A stretch of DNA of 64,000 bases from Planctomycetota bacterium (GTDB lineage Bacteria; Planctomycetota; Phycisphaerae; Phycisphaerales; SM1A02). The notes under the pieces were generated by a model, which did not search any database, was not told the DNA's origin, and was given only the letters and a program-made list of their open reading frames with translations. The stretch covers positions 5,014-69,013 of the forward strand of contig JAYZFJ010000056.1 in assembly GCA_036336805.1 (NCBI GenBank), written 5' to 3'. Shown piece by piece: positions 55,391-64,000 of the stretch. Within the stretch, counting starts at the first letter, position 1. Each line of letters begins with the position of its first letter. Both the position numbers and the translations under genes were made by a program.

Positions 55391-55624
55391 TCAGTTGCCG
55401 TCGTTGGCGGCGGGTCGGATGGTTCCGACGACCGATTGTCCGTCCTCGCCGTCGGCCAGGATCTGTTCGGCGATTTCCCGGCGATGGACTTCGATCGAGC
55501 GGGGGAATTCGAACGCCACGCGAACCCGGTCACCCTTGATTGTGGCGATGCGCACGACCCCGATCGGTGCGGAGGGATCTCCGATGACAACTTCTTCGCC
55601 TTCTCTACGGGTGATGACTAGCAT
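55391..55624 (-). CDS. csrA: carbon storage regulator CsrA
   Basis: MLVITRREGEEVVIGD...VRIATIKGDRVRVAFEFPRSIEVHRREI is the canonical CsrA sequence. AGGAGG lies 8 nt upstream of ATG 55624. A ~25-aa C-terminal extension is present. Confidence 0.93.
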   Translation of the reverse strand: MLVITRREGEEVVIGDPSAPIGVVRIATIKGDRVRVAFEFPRSIEVHRREIAEQILADGEDGQSVVGTIRPAANDGN

Positions 55625-55924
55625 GGTTCGGACCTCCTGCCGATCCAGCATCGCGATCACTGCGATGCGGGGAGCTCAACTCGTTCAGTGCGAGATCAAT
55701 CAATCCAATCGCCCTGAATTCAAGTACTCTAGGGTACCCTACTTTGCTCGAATTCCGTTCCGGAAACCGCCCAAAGCGCGGGGCCTCGAGCCCGCTCGTG
55801 GATCCGGACGGCGCTTCCGGACGCTCGAAACGGTGAGCAAGTCGCCAGCACGGCTCCTGAACCATGATTTTCTGGGACCGTCGCACGGCGGCCGCCGTCG
55901 CCAATTTTTTTCGATCCGTTTCGA

Positions 55925-56191
55925 TCAGGAGTCAGTGGCTTCCACGCCACTGACTTCCGGAACCCGCTGCTTGAGCATTCGCTCGATTCCGTTGTGCAGG
56001 GTGTTGGCGCTCGACGGGCAGTCGATGCACGCGCCCATGAAACGAATCCGCACCAACCCCTCGGGGGTGACTTCGACCAGCTCGATGTCGCCGTCATCCT
56101 CCTGAATCATGGGGCGCATCAATTCCAGCACCGCCTTGACCCGCTCGGAGAGTTCGGCGTGTTCACCCTGGTTGGCTGAGTCTTCACTCAT
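55925..56191 (-). CDS. NifU-C/Nfu-type Fe-S cluster carrier protein
   Basis: VKAVLELMRPMIQEDDGDIELVEV...IRFMGACIDCPSSANTL carries the Nfu CxxC motif. Internal ATG at 56191. Confidence 0.85.
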   Translation of the reverse strand: MSEDSANQGEHAELSERVKAVLELMRPMIQEDDGDIELVEVTPEGLVRIRFMGACIDCPSSANTLHNGIERMLKQRVPEVSGVEATDS

Positions 56192-56306
56192 GAATCGGTC
56201 CGCCTGATGGTTCCACGGGATCCTGGCCGGGCGCGAACCCGCGACCAAACCAGTCAAAGCGAGGTAGAGTCTAGCATGACCCACATGACCGTGAGGAGGA
56301 TCATCG

Positions 56307-57827
56307 ATGAGTTGCCCTCAACCTGCTGAATCCGTGCCCGATGGGACCTTCCGAACGCTGTCCGAGCGATGCACGGCGGAACGCGAATACGGGCGCTTGA
56401 GACCGTTGTTGCTCCTGGGCACCCTGCTTCTCTGGCTCATCGTGCACTCCGGGTGCGGCATGGGCGCTCCTCGAGACCCTTATTCGACCCTGAGCAACCC
56501 GCGGGCCTCCGCCAATGCCCAGCTGGACGCGCTCTCTCGATTGGACAGTCCCTCGCCCTCGCCGCGGTACCTCGACGAGCTTGCGCGACTCACCCTCTCA
56601 CCGAACCACCTTGAGTCGGTTCGCAAGGCCGCGTTCAACCGTCTGGCGAACGCCGACCCGGCCAGACTCGACGAAGTCCTCGCGACCACGCTCTCCCGCA
56701 TCCAGCCCACGGACTTCCGGGCCTGGGTGATCACCCGACTGGGCGAACTCGACCGCAAGCAGCTGACCAAGGCGATCATCCGATCCTGGGCGATGCCCAC
56801 GGCCTACTGGCTGCGGGATCGTGAGCGTCCCGAACCGACCGCCCTCGCGGTGATGTACGGAGGCAAGGACAAGGTGGCGGTGGTTCTGCTCGACACCCTG
56901 CTCAGCGCGAATCCTCTGGTGGAACGCAACCTTCGAATGCGCTGCTGGGAGCTGATGGTCGGACTCGACCAGGACGAGCTGCTGGTGGAGCTGGTCAACA
57001 GCGGCGACCTCGTCGGGACGGATCCGATGCTCCTCGACATGCGTTCCGCGATCAACGACCTGGGGGTGCTCCCCCGCAACAAGGAGGAGATCCTCTGGAT
57101 ACGGGAACTCCGCAAGGACGATCACGCCGACTACTGGACCAAGCTGTCCGAATCGTTGAGCCGCCTGGATGCGTCCCGTCGCCAGTCCCTGGCCGCACGC
57201 GAGTTGCCCCTGGTGGTCGCCGCGGACCGACACCGTTCCGATCTGCTGGGACTGGATCAGGCGGCTCTCTACGAACTGCTCGCCCGCCAGATCGAATCCA
57301 GCGGGCCTCGATACACGGCCGATTTCAGCGGGTGGGAGATCAAGATCACCGAACGACTCAACGATGTCCGCGACCAGGTCACCTGGGGGGATCTGGTCGC
57401 GATGGTGCTGGCTCGGGAAGCGTTGCAGGACCCGGCGTTCCTCGATCACCTCTTCGACCAGGCGGATCGGGACATGATCGACTCCACCACCGAGTACGGG
57501 GGGGTGATACGACTGGATCCCAAGGGGCGTTTCGAGCTGGTGGAGCACCCTCCGCGCTCCCGGATCTCGGATGAGAAGTACCTCGCCCCCCAGTCGCTGT
57601 TCGACGACGGGTACACCGCGCTCTTCCACTTCCACAACCACGCCCAGAACTACACCAATCGTCGGCACGCCGGCCCGCACATGGGTGATCTGCAGTACGC
57701 GGACGAGACTGGAGCCAACTGTCTGGTGTTCACGTTCGTGAAGCCGGATCTTCTGAACGTCGACTTCTACCGCCACGACTCGGTGGTGGTCGATCTGGGC
57801 ACCGCCCGACGTCCGGACCAGGGCTGA
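56307..57827 (+). CDS. lipoprotein with helical repeat region and a C-terminal HxH-containing (JAB/MPN-like?) domain
   Basis: GAGGAGGA lies 6 nt upstream of ATG 56307. A lipobox is present (LIVHSGC). The C-terminal sequence is TTEYGGVIRLD...LFHFHNHAQNYTNRRHAGPHMGDLQYA. Confidence 0.65.
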   Translation: MSCPQPAESVPDGTFRTLSERCTAEREYGRLRPLLLLGTLLLWLIVHSGCGMGAPRDPYSTLSNPRASANAQLDALSRLDSPSPSPRYLDELARLTLSPNHLESVRKAAFNRLANADPARLDEVLATTLSRIQPTDFRAWVITRLGELDRKQLTKAIIRSWAMPTAYWLRDRERPEPTALAVMYGGKDKVAVVLLDTLLSANPLVERNLRMRCWELMVGLDQDELLVELVNSGDLVGTDPMLLDMRSAINDLGVLPRNKEEILWIRELRKDDHADYWTKLSESLSRLDASRRQSLAARELPLVVAADRHRSDLLGLDQAALYELLARQIESSGPRYTADFSGWEIKITERLNDVRDQVTWGDLVAMVLAREALQDPAFLDHLFDQADRDMIDSTTEYGGVIRLDPKGRFELVEHPPRSRISDEKYLAPQSLFDDGYTALFHFHNHAQNYTNRRHAGPHMGDLQYADETGANCLVFTFVKPDLLNVDFYRHDSVVVDLGTARRPDQG

Positions 57828-57849
57828 CACGACTCGGATTGGTGCCCCC

Positions 57850-59301
57850 GTGCAGTTACTCGTCCTCCTACTCCTCGCGTCGGTCCTGTATGCGGACCAG
57901 TTGCCGGGTTCGTTGCCGAAGGAGACGACCCGGCTGCTTGCGTTGCTCGCCTTCCTTCCTCCGATTCTCTGCGTGGTGGTGGAGTTCTTCGTGGTCCGCC
58001 GGACTCTGTACCTGGCCACCAGCGGATTCGTGTCCTCGGTTCGGCGGGCGAGTCTCCGCCTGCGGGTCATGCAGTGGATTGTCGTCGGTTGCACCGTACT
58101 GTCGCTGCTCGGACTGGGATGGCTGGAACTGGTCCGGACCGTGACCGGGGATCTCGTGGTCCTCGACGAGCTGCTTGCGATCCTGCCGGCCCTGCTGCTG
58201 CTCGCCATGCTCTGGGCGGTGCAGTGGCCGCTGGAACGGCTGCTTCGGGAGTCGATGCTGCTTCGACGGCTCGATCAGGGGCTGCCTGTGCATGCGATTC
58301 CCTCCACCGGGCGGTACGTGGTCGAGCAGGTCCGCATGCACCTGCTCCTGATCGTGGCCCCGGCACTCACCGTCCTCGCCCTGGTGGAGACCGCCGACCT
58401 CTGTACCCGCCTGGTCCTTCCGGAAGCGGATGCTGCCGTGGTCGCCCCCTGGGCGGCGGGGGGGTCGGGACTGCTCGGGTTGCTGATCGCCCCCCTGGTG
58501 ATCGGTCGCGCGATCGGCGCGACCCCGCTTCCTCCGGGCACGATGCGCGGTGCGATGGAGCAGGTTCTTCGGGATGCCGGGGTACGCGTCCGCGACATCC
58601 TGGTCTGGCCCACGAGCGGTTGCCTTCTCAACGGAGCGGTCGTCGGCCTGCTTCCGCGGGTGCGATACGTGCTGCTGACCGATGGCCTGCTCGAACTGCT
58701 CTCGCTCGACCAGATCCGGGCGGTGATGGCGCACGAGGCGGGGCACCTCCGTCATCGACACCTGCCCTGGACCGCACTGATTCTGGTCACCCTCTTCGCG
58801 GGGTACGGGCAGCTCATGGAGTGGATCATCAATCCGATCTTCCAGGCGATGCTGCCCGGAAGTGGCGACCCGGCGAGCCTGCAGTCGACGTTCGAGATCT
58901 TCGGGGTGGTGGTCGTGGGGGGCATGTGCTTCTTCAGCTTCGGGGCGATCTCCCGGCGCTTCGAACTTCAGGCGGATGCCGCGGCGGCCTGTGACCTCAC
59001 GTTTCGCAACCGTGAAGAGGACCACTCCGCGGCCGCGGGCATCGTGAGCTCCGGAGCCGTCGACCTGATGAGCTCGGCCCTGGGCATGGTGGCCCTGGTC
59101 AACGGCCTCGACCCCTCGCGCCACACCTGGCGGCATGGTTCGATACGCTGGAGGCAGCAGCGTCTGCGTTCGATCGTCGGACGGCCGATCTCCGGATTGC
59201 GCATCGATGCCCAGATCCGGTGCCTCAAGGGGCTGACCGTGCTCGTCCTCTGTTCCCTGTTCCTGGTCTGGACCCTCCAGTACCTGGGCCAGGGCTCCTG
59301 A
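57850..59301 (+). CDS. M48-family (HtpX/Ste24-like) zinc metalloprotease, polytopic membrane protein
   Basis: The HEXXH motif appears as MAHEAGHLRHRH within a multi-TM protein. Start is GTG at 57850. Confidence 0.8.
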   Translation: MQLLVLLLLASVLYADQLPGSLPKETTRLLALLAFLPPILCVVVEFFVVRRTLYLATSGFVSSVRRASLRLRVMQWIVVGCTVLSLLGLGWLELVRTVTGDLVVLDELLAILPALLLLAMLWAVQWPLERLLRESMLLRRLDQGLPVHAIPSTGRYVVEQVRMHLLLIVAPALTVLALVETADLCTRLVLPEADAAVVAPWAAGGSGLLGLLIAPLVIGRAIGATPLPPGTMRGAMEQVLRDAGVRVRDILVWPTSGCLLNGAVVGLLPRVRYVLLTDGLLELLSLDQIRAVMAHEAGHLRHRHLPWTALILVTLFAGYGQLMEWIINPIFQAMLPGSGDPASLQSTFEIFGVVVVGGMCFFSFGAISRRFELQADAAAACDLTFRNREEDHSAAAGIVSSGAVDLMSSALGMVALVNGLDPSRHTWRHGSIRWRQQRLRSIVGRPISGLRIDAQIRCLKGLTVLVLCSLFLVWTLQYLGQGS

Positions 59302-59329
59302 ACCACACTCCCCTCCGGTTGGATCCTTC

Positions 59330-60274
59330 ATGAGCACCTTTCGATTCACCAAGATGACCGCGATCGGCAACGACTACGTCTACGTCGACGCCGACCGCCA
59401 TGAACTCCAGGACCCCGGGGCGATCGCGCACCTGATCTGTGATCGCCATCGCGGGATCGGTGGTGACGGTCTGATCCTCGTCGGATCCCGCGACGTCGAT
59501 GACGCCGACGTCGAGATGCGGATCTTCAACCGCGACGGCGGTGAGGCGGAGATGTGCGGAAATGGAATCCGCTGTGTCGCACGCTTCGCGATCGAGCAGG
59601 GCATGGTCGAAGGACCGGTGGTCACCGTTCGGATCGGCGCCCGGGTCCTGGAGGTGACGACCATCGCCACCGATGGAGTGATCGACCGAGCGTCGGTCGC
59701 GATGGGAAGCCCGGGTACGCTGCTGCGCGATGTCGCGGCCTCGATTCCGGGGCTGCATGGTGATGAACCGGGGATCGGGCTTCACTTCGACTTCGACCTG
59801 CTGCTGGAGGACGAGGGACCCACTCTGCGGATCGCGGGCGTCGAACCGATCTGCAGCCTGGTCTCGATGGGCAATCCCCATCTGGTCTTCTGGACCGATC
59901 GTCCCGACCAGATCCCGCTCGAACAGGTCGGTCCCCGACTGGAGCACCACGCGTGGTTCCCCGACCGCATCAACGTGCACTTCGTCCGGGTGGATGCCCC
60001 CGATCGAATCACGATGCGCACCTGGGAACGCGGCAGCGGAGCGACCCTGGCCTGCGGTTCGGGCGCCTGCGCGGTCTGCGTGGCCGGTGTTCTCGAAGGT
60101 CGCACCAATGCATCGATCAGCGCTCGTCTTCCCGGGGGTATCCTCGAGCTGGCCTATGATCGTGACTCCGGGAACGTCACGATGGCCGGCCCGATGCTGC
60201 GGGTCTTCACCGGGGAGATCGACCCGGAGACGATCGAACTCGAACCCCACCAGGAGCCACTCTGGCATGACTGA
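59330..60274 (+). CDS. dapF: diaminopimelate epimerase
   Basis: FTKMTAIGNDYVYVD, the first catalytic Cys in MCGNGIRC, SMGNPHLV, and the second Cys in ACGSGACA. Confidence 0.95.
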   Translation: MSTFRFTKMTAIGNDYVYVDADRHELQDPGAIAHLICDRHRGIGGDGLILVGSRDVDDADVEMRIFNRDGGEAEMCGNGIRCVARFAIEQGMVEGPVVTVRIGARVLEVTTIATDGVIDRASVAMGSPGTLLRDVAASIPGLHGDEPGIGLHFDFDLLLEDEGPTLRIAGVEPICSLVSMGNPHLVFWTDRPDQIPLEQVGPRLEHHAWFPDRINVHFVRVDAPDRITMRTWERGSGATLACGSGACAVCVAGVLEGRTNASISARLPGGILELAYDRDSGNVTMAGPMLRVFTGEIDPETIELEPHQEPLWHD

Positions 60275-61523
60275 CCCAAATGCACTCGACGAGCTCGAAC
60301 TTCGCATTCGTGACCGACTGAAGGGGCGCCAGCAGGAACTGGTCTCGGACCTCGAGGCGATGGTCGCGATCCCCTCCGGGCAGGGACACGTTCCCGGGCT
60401 CGATCGGATGCGGGCACTCATGGTGGAACGCCTGGAAGCGCTGGGTGCGACCTCCGAATTGTTCGACGGGGATCCCCGTCCGCCCTGGTTGCTGGGTGGT
60501 ACTGATGCCGCGCCGCCTCCGACCGTGGTCTGTTCCCGACCGTTGGAAGCGGGGGGGCCGAGGATCCTGATCGCGGGGCACCTCGATACCGTCCACGACC
60601 CCGAGGACACCTTCATCTCCCTGACCCACGAAGCGGACGGCATCTCCCGCGGCCCGGGGGCGGCGGACATGAAGGGCGGGCTCCTGGTCGCGCTCGCCGC
60701 GCTCGAGGCGCTCGATGCCGAGGGCGTCGAATGCCACTGGACCTACCTGCTCAACAGTGACGAGGAGACCGGAACGTTCTGTTCTGAACGCCACCTCGAG
60801 GACGCGGCGCGTCAGCACGACATTGGATTGGTGATCGAGCCCGCACTGCCCGACGGTTCCCTGGTGGTGGAGCGGATGGGCTCTGGTCAATTCATGATCG
60901 AAGTCGATGGACTGAGTGCGCACGTCGGTCGCGAATTTGAACGCGGGATCTCCGCGGTCAAGACCCTCGCCGAGGTGATGACCCAGGTGCTCGCCCTCGC
61001 CGATCCCGAAAACGGCAAGATCGTCAACATCGGGCCCCTGAAGGGTGGGGGGGCGACCAATGCGGTTCCTGAACACGCCGCCTGCTGGGGCAACCTGCGC
61101 TTTGCGAATCCCGAAGCCCAGGCATCCCTTGCCGCCGCGATCGAGGCGATCGAAGCGAACTTCTCGACCGACGAATTCGGTCGTCCGCTGCCCGACGACC
61201 ACCTGCCCCGGGTCACGATCCATCGGACGTTCAATCGCCCCGCCAAGCCCGAGACCGAGGACGTGACCGCGATCGCGATGGCCGCGCGCTCGGTCGCCGA
61301 GGCCCTCGGCGGCGAAATGCCCTTCGGCCGGACCGGGGGCGTGTGCGATGCGAACGTGCTCCAGTCGGCCGGTCTGCCGTGCGTGGACACCCTCGGTATC
61401 CGCGGCGGCAACCTGCATCGTCGTGACGAATACGTCGAGATCGACTCCCTCTGGGAACGCGCTGCGCTCTTCGCGATCCTGATGAAGCGGATCAGCTTCG
61501 GCGAGACCGACCTGATCCAATGA
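60267..61523 (+). CDS. M20-family metallopeptidase (DapE/ArgE/CPG2-like)
   Basis: Internal ATG at 60267 overlaps the dapF stop by 8 nt. GHLDTV, GAADMKGG, DEETG and a dimerisation-domain-sized insert are present. Confidence 0.85.
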   Translation: MTDPNALDELELRIRDRLKGRQQELVSDLEAMVAIPSGQGHVPGLDRMRALMVERLEALGATSELFDGDPRPPWLLGGTDAAPPPTVVCSRPLEAGGPRILIAGHLDTVHDPEDTFISLTHEADGISRGPGAADMKGGLLVALAALEALDAEGVECHWTYLLNSDEETGTFCSERHLEDAARQHDIGLVIEPALPDGSLVVERMGSGQFMIEVDGLSAHVGREFERGISAVKTLAEVMTQVLALADPENGKIVNIGPLKGGGATNAVPEHAACWGNLRFANPEAQASLAAAIEAIEANFSTDEFGRPLPDDHLPRVTIHRTFNRPAKPETEDVTAIAMAARSVAEALGGEMPFGRTGGVCDANVLQSAGLPCVDTLGIRGGNLHRRDEYVEIDSLWERAALFAILMKRISFGETDLIQ

Positions 61524-61902
61524 CTCAGTTCCGCCGGCACAATCCGATCACCATCAGGACCAGCCCCCCCAGCACCCGCCGGCGATGAAGCCGAGGACCC
61601 CGCCGACGGCGAGCAGGCCCGAGTGCATCCCACCAGGACGCTGCCGAGCGAGAAGAGGTTGTCGAAGCGGCGAAGGTTCAGACCAGCGATCGTGTCGGTG
61701 ACAAATGGGTTTTCGTTTGTGGGGTGTCTGGAGCCGGATGGGGGCTGGGTGCTTCGGACTTCATTCGCGCATGCTACGGATCTCTGATGCCGAGGTGGCG
61801 TGTCCGGAAAACCACGTGCCCATTCCCTCCTGCAGGCCTTCCTGCACCGGCTTGACGAGAGACAAGTCGATATTCCCGGTGCTCTGCTAGAATGCATCTC
61901 CT

Positions 61903-63351
61903 ATGGCGACCACAAACGAACATCATGACGTGATGGGATCGGCGTTCGCGGCCAATGAAACCGTTCAGGCCTCGATCGAAGCGATCTTATCGGAACTTCG
62001 CACTGCTCAGGCTTCGCTCACCGGGGCCCGACCACCTCGTGAGGGCACCACCGAGACCTACGAAGGCTGGCTGCAACGGGCCGCAGAGGTCCGAGGCCGC
62101 CCCTGCCTCTATCCCTATATAGGTTCCGGCTTCGGCAACGGCCCCCTCGTGGAACTCGCCGACGGGTCGGTCAAGTGGGACATGATCAACGGCATCGGCG
62201 TGCACATGTTCGGCCACTCGCACCCCGAGATGGTGCGCGCGCAGCTCGAGGCGGGACTCGCCGACGTCTGCATGGAGGGGAACCTCCAGTTCAACGCGGA
62301 CATGGTCGAGCTCTGCGAGCTCCTGGTCACCGAGGCGTCCAAGGGTTCGAACATCGCCCACTGCTTCATGACCAACTCCGGTGCGATGGCCAACGAGAGC
62401 GCCTTGAAGGTCTGCCAGCAGAAGACCGGTGGTGCGCCGCGCATCATCGCGTTCAACGACTGCTTCATGGGGCGTTCGACGACCATGGCTCAGATCGGTG
62501 ACTCCGCCGGCGGCCGGATGGGGATTCCGCTCAATGCGCTGGTCGACTACCTGCCGTACTACGACGAGCTCGACGGCCCCGCCTCCGCCTGCCATGCGTT
62601 GCAGCGGCTGAACGAGTACATCAAGCGATACCCCGGACAGCACTCCTGCTGCATCTTCGAGCTCGTGCAGGGTGAAGGCGGGTTCACCGTCGCGCCTCGC
62701 GAGTTCTTCGTACCCCTCATGGAACGCTGCAAGGAAGTGGGCATTCCCGTCTGGAGCGACGAGGTCCAGACGTTCGGGCGCACCGATGCGATGTTCCGCT
62801 ACCAGGGAATGGACCTCGGCCAGTACGTCGACGTGACCACCATCGGCAAGATGAGTCAGGTCTGCGCTGCGCTCTACACCGAGGAGTTCAACCCGAAGGC
62901 GGGCCTGCTCAGCGGCACCTTCGCTTCCTCCACCAGCGCGTTCCGTTGCGGCCTTGCCGCCCTCTCGACGCTCCGGGACGGGGGCTACTACGGTCCCACC
63001 GGTCGCATCTCCGAACTTCAGATCGCCTGGCGTGAACACTGCGCCGCCCTGATCGAGGCCCACCCGGAGTTCTTCCCCCCGGTGCCTGATGCCCTCGGCC
63101 GCCATTCGGAGCAGTTCGTCTCCGGGACCGGCGGGATGATGCGGCTCACTCCCTTCGGTGGTGATCGAGCGAAGATCATGAAGTCCCTGCATGCACTGTT
63201 CAAGCACGGGGTGATCGCCTTCATCTGCGGCCACGGCCCCTACCACCTCCGGTTCCTGGCTCCGGTCGGAGTGATGGAGCCCGAGCAGTTCGAGCCGATC
63301 TTCGAGATCATGACCGCCGCCTTCGCCGAGACCCACGCCTCCGGCGACTGA
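61903..63351 (+). CDS. class-III PLP-dependent aminotransferase (ArgD/AstC/lysine-aminotransferase-like)
   Basis: TNSGAMANESALK, SDEVQTFGRTD and the PLP Lys context TTIGKMSQ are present. Length is 482 aa. Confidence 0.85.
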   Translation: MATTNEHHDVMGSAFAANETVQASIEAILSELRTAQASLTGARPPREGTTETYEGWLQRAAEVRGRPCLYPYIGSGFGNGPLVELADGSVKWDMINGIGVHMFGHSHPEMVRAQLEAGLADVCMEGNLQFNADMVELCELLVTEASKGSNIAHCFMTNSGAMANESALKVCQQKTGGAPRIIAFNDCFMGRSTTMAQIGDSAGGRMGIPLNALVDYLPYYDELDGPASACHALQRLNEYIKRYPGQHSCCIFELVQGEGGFTVAPREFFVPLMERCKEVGIPVWSDEVQTFGRTDAMFRYQGMDLGQYVDVTTIGKMSQVCAALYTEEFNPKAGLLSGTFASSTSAFRCGLAALSTLRDGGYYGPTGRISELQIAWREHCAALIEAHPEFFPPVPDALGRHSEQFVSGTGGMMRLTPFGGDRAKIMKSLHALFKHGVIAFICGHGPYHLRFLAPVGVMEPEQFEPIFEIMTAAFAETHASGD

Positions 63352-63403
63352 GCCGCCGGCTTCGCTTCAACCCGAACGGAAAGCCCAAGGAGTTTCCGAG
63401 AAC

Positions 63404-64000
63404 ATGTTCCTGGTCAGACCCGCCAAACTCGACGACCTCGACCTTCTGCTCAAGCTCGCGAGAACCGTGCATTTCGTGAACCTCCCGCCGGACAAGGACG
63501 TCATCGCCGGCAAGATCCTCCGATCCCGCAAGAGCTTCAACGGGGAGTATGACGACGACGAGCGGCAGAGGCTCTTCATGTTCTGCCTCGAGGACACCCA
63601 GACCGGGAACCTCATCGGTTCCTCGATGATCGTCTGCTGCGTCTCCTGGCCGGGGCATCCCCACACCTACCTCAAGGTGCGGCGGCGCGAGTTCTACAGC
63701 GAGGATCTCCAGGGTGGCCAGGTCCATCTGACGCTGGAATTCGACACCGACGAGACCGGACCCTCGGAGCTCGGTGGGCTGATCCTCGCCCCCGGTTACC
63801 GCGGTCATCCCGAGAAGCTCGGCAAGACGCTGAGCATGATCCGCTTCCACTTCATCGGACTCCACCCCGAGCAGTTCAGCGAGCGCCTGCTCGCGGAGAT
63901 GATGGGTCGGATCACGCCCGACAGCCGGAACCTGTTGTGGGACTACCTCGGTCGGCGGTTCATCAACCTCTCCTACAAGGAAGCGGACCTCTTCTGCCAG
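63404..64000 (+). CDS. astA: arginine N-succinyltransferase-family protein (AstA-like), 3'-truncated by the window end
   Basis: AAGGAG lies 11 nt upstream of ATG 63404, and the frame stays open to the window end. MFLVRPAKLDDLDLLLKLA... and ...LGRRFINLSYKEADLFCQ parallel E. coli AstA (...LGKRFFSMDFSRADFLCG, recalled from memory). It is absent from the ORF track because no stop falls in the window. Confidence 0.8.
   Translation, partial: MFLVRPAKLDDLDLLLKLARTVHFVNLPPDKDVIAGKILRSRKSFNGEYDDDERQRLFMFCLEDTQTGNLIGSSMIVCCVSWPGHPHTYLKVRRREFYSEDLQGGQVHLTLEFDTDETGPSELGGLILAPGYRGHPEKLGKTLSMIRFHFIGLHPEQFSERLLAEMMGRITPDSRNLLWDYLGRRFINLSYKEADLFCQ

Overview
High-GC bacterial chromosomal segment; hand-counted 60-nt samples give about 60% GC or more. 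It is densely packed on both strands with core housekeeping genes: mdh, dprA, guaA, dnaA, rpmA-obg, mutS, ileS, rpsD, purF, lpxA, lipB, lepA, rimO, nadD, aroB, mraZ, csrA, dapF and the start of astA. It also carries two tRNAs, Ala-CGC and Glu-UUC. I found no transposase, integrase, CRISPR array, rRNA or recognisable defence or toxin gene. Three features suggest a PVC/Planctomycetota-like organism, but this is inference only: an orphan mraZ with no dcw genes behind it, an Rsb-type partner-switching pair with no sigma factor, and many lipoproteins. Most of the window is ordinary core genome. The observations worth a second look are: (1) a ParA/Soj-type ATPase fused to a C-terminal CBM48/AMPK-beta-like carbohydrate-binding domain, followed by a large acidic protein whose N-terminal half looks like a ParA/MinD fold with a degenerate P-loop; (2) a ~900-bp non-coding region upstream of dnaA, enriched in DnaA-box-like TCCAC/GTGGA cores, which is a candidate oriC; (3) an orphan mraZ preceded by 10-bp-phased GTGGG repeats, a putative MraZ operator; (4) a lipoprotein / RsbW-like kinase / STAS / MlaE operon with no MlaF, MlaD or sigma factor; (5) a ~1.4-kb low-GC insert (about 40-47% GC in samples) carrying a single SAM-methyltransferase, next to a DegT-family protein that appears to lack the PLP-binding lysine. 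Many long ORFs in the supplied track are antisense shadows of real genes, as expected in high-GC DNA, and were not called.
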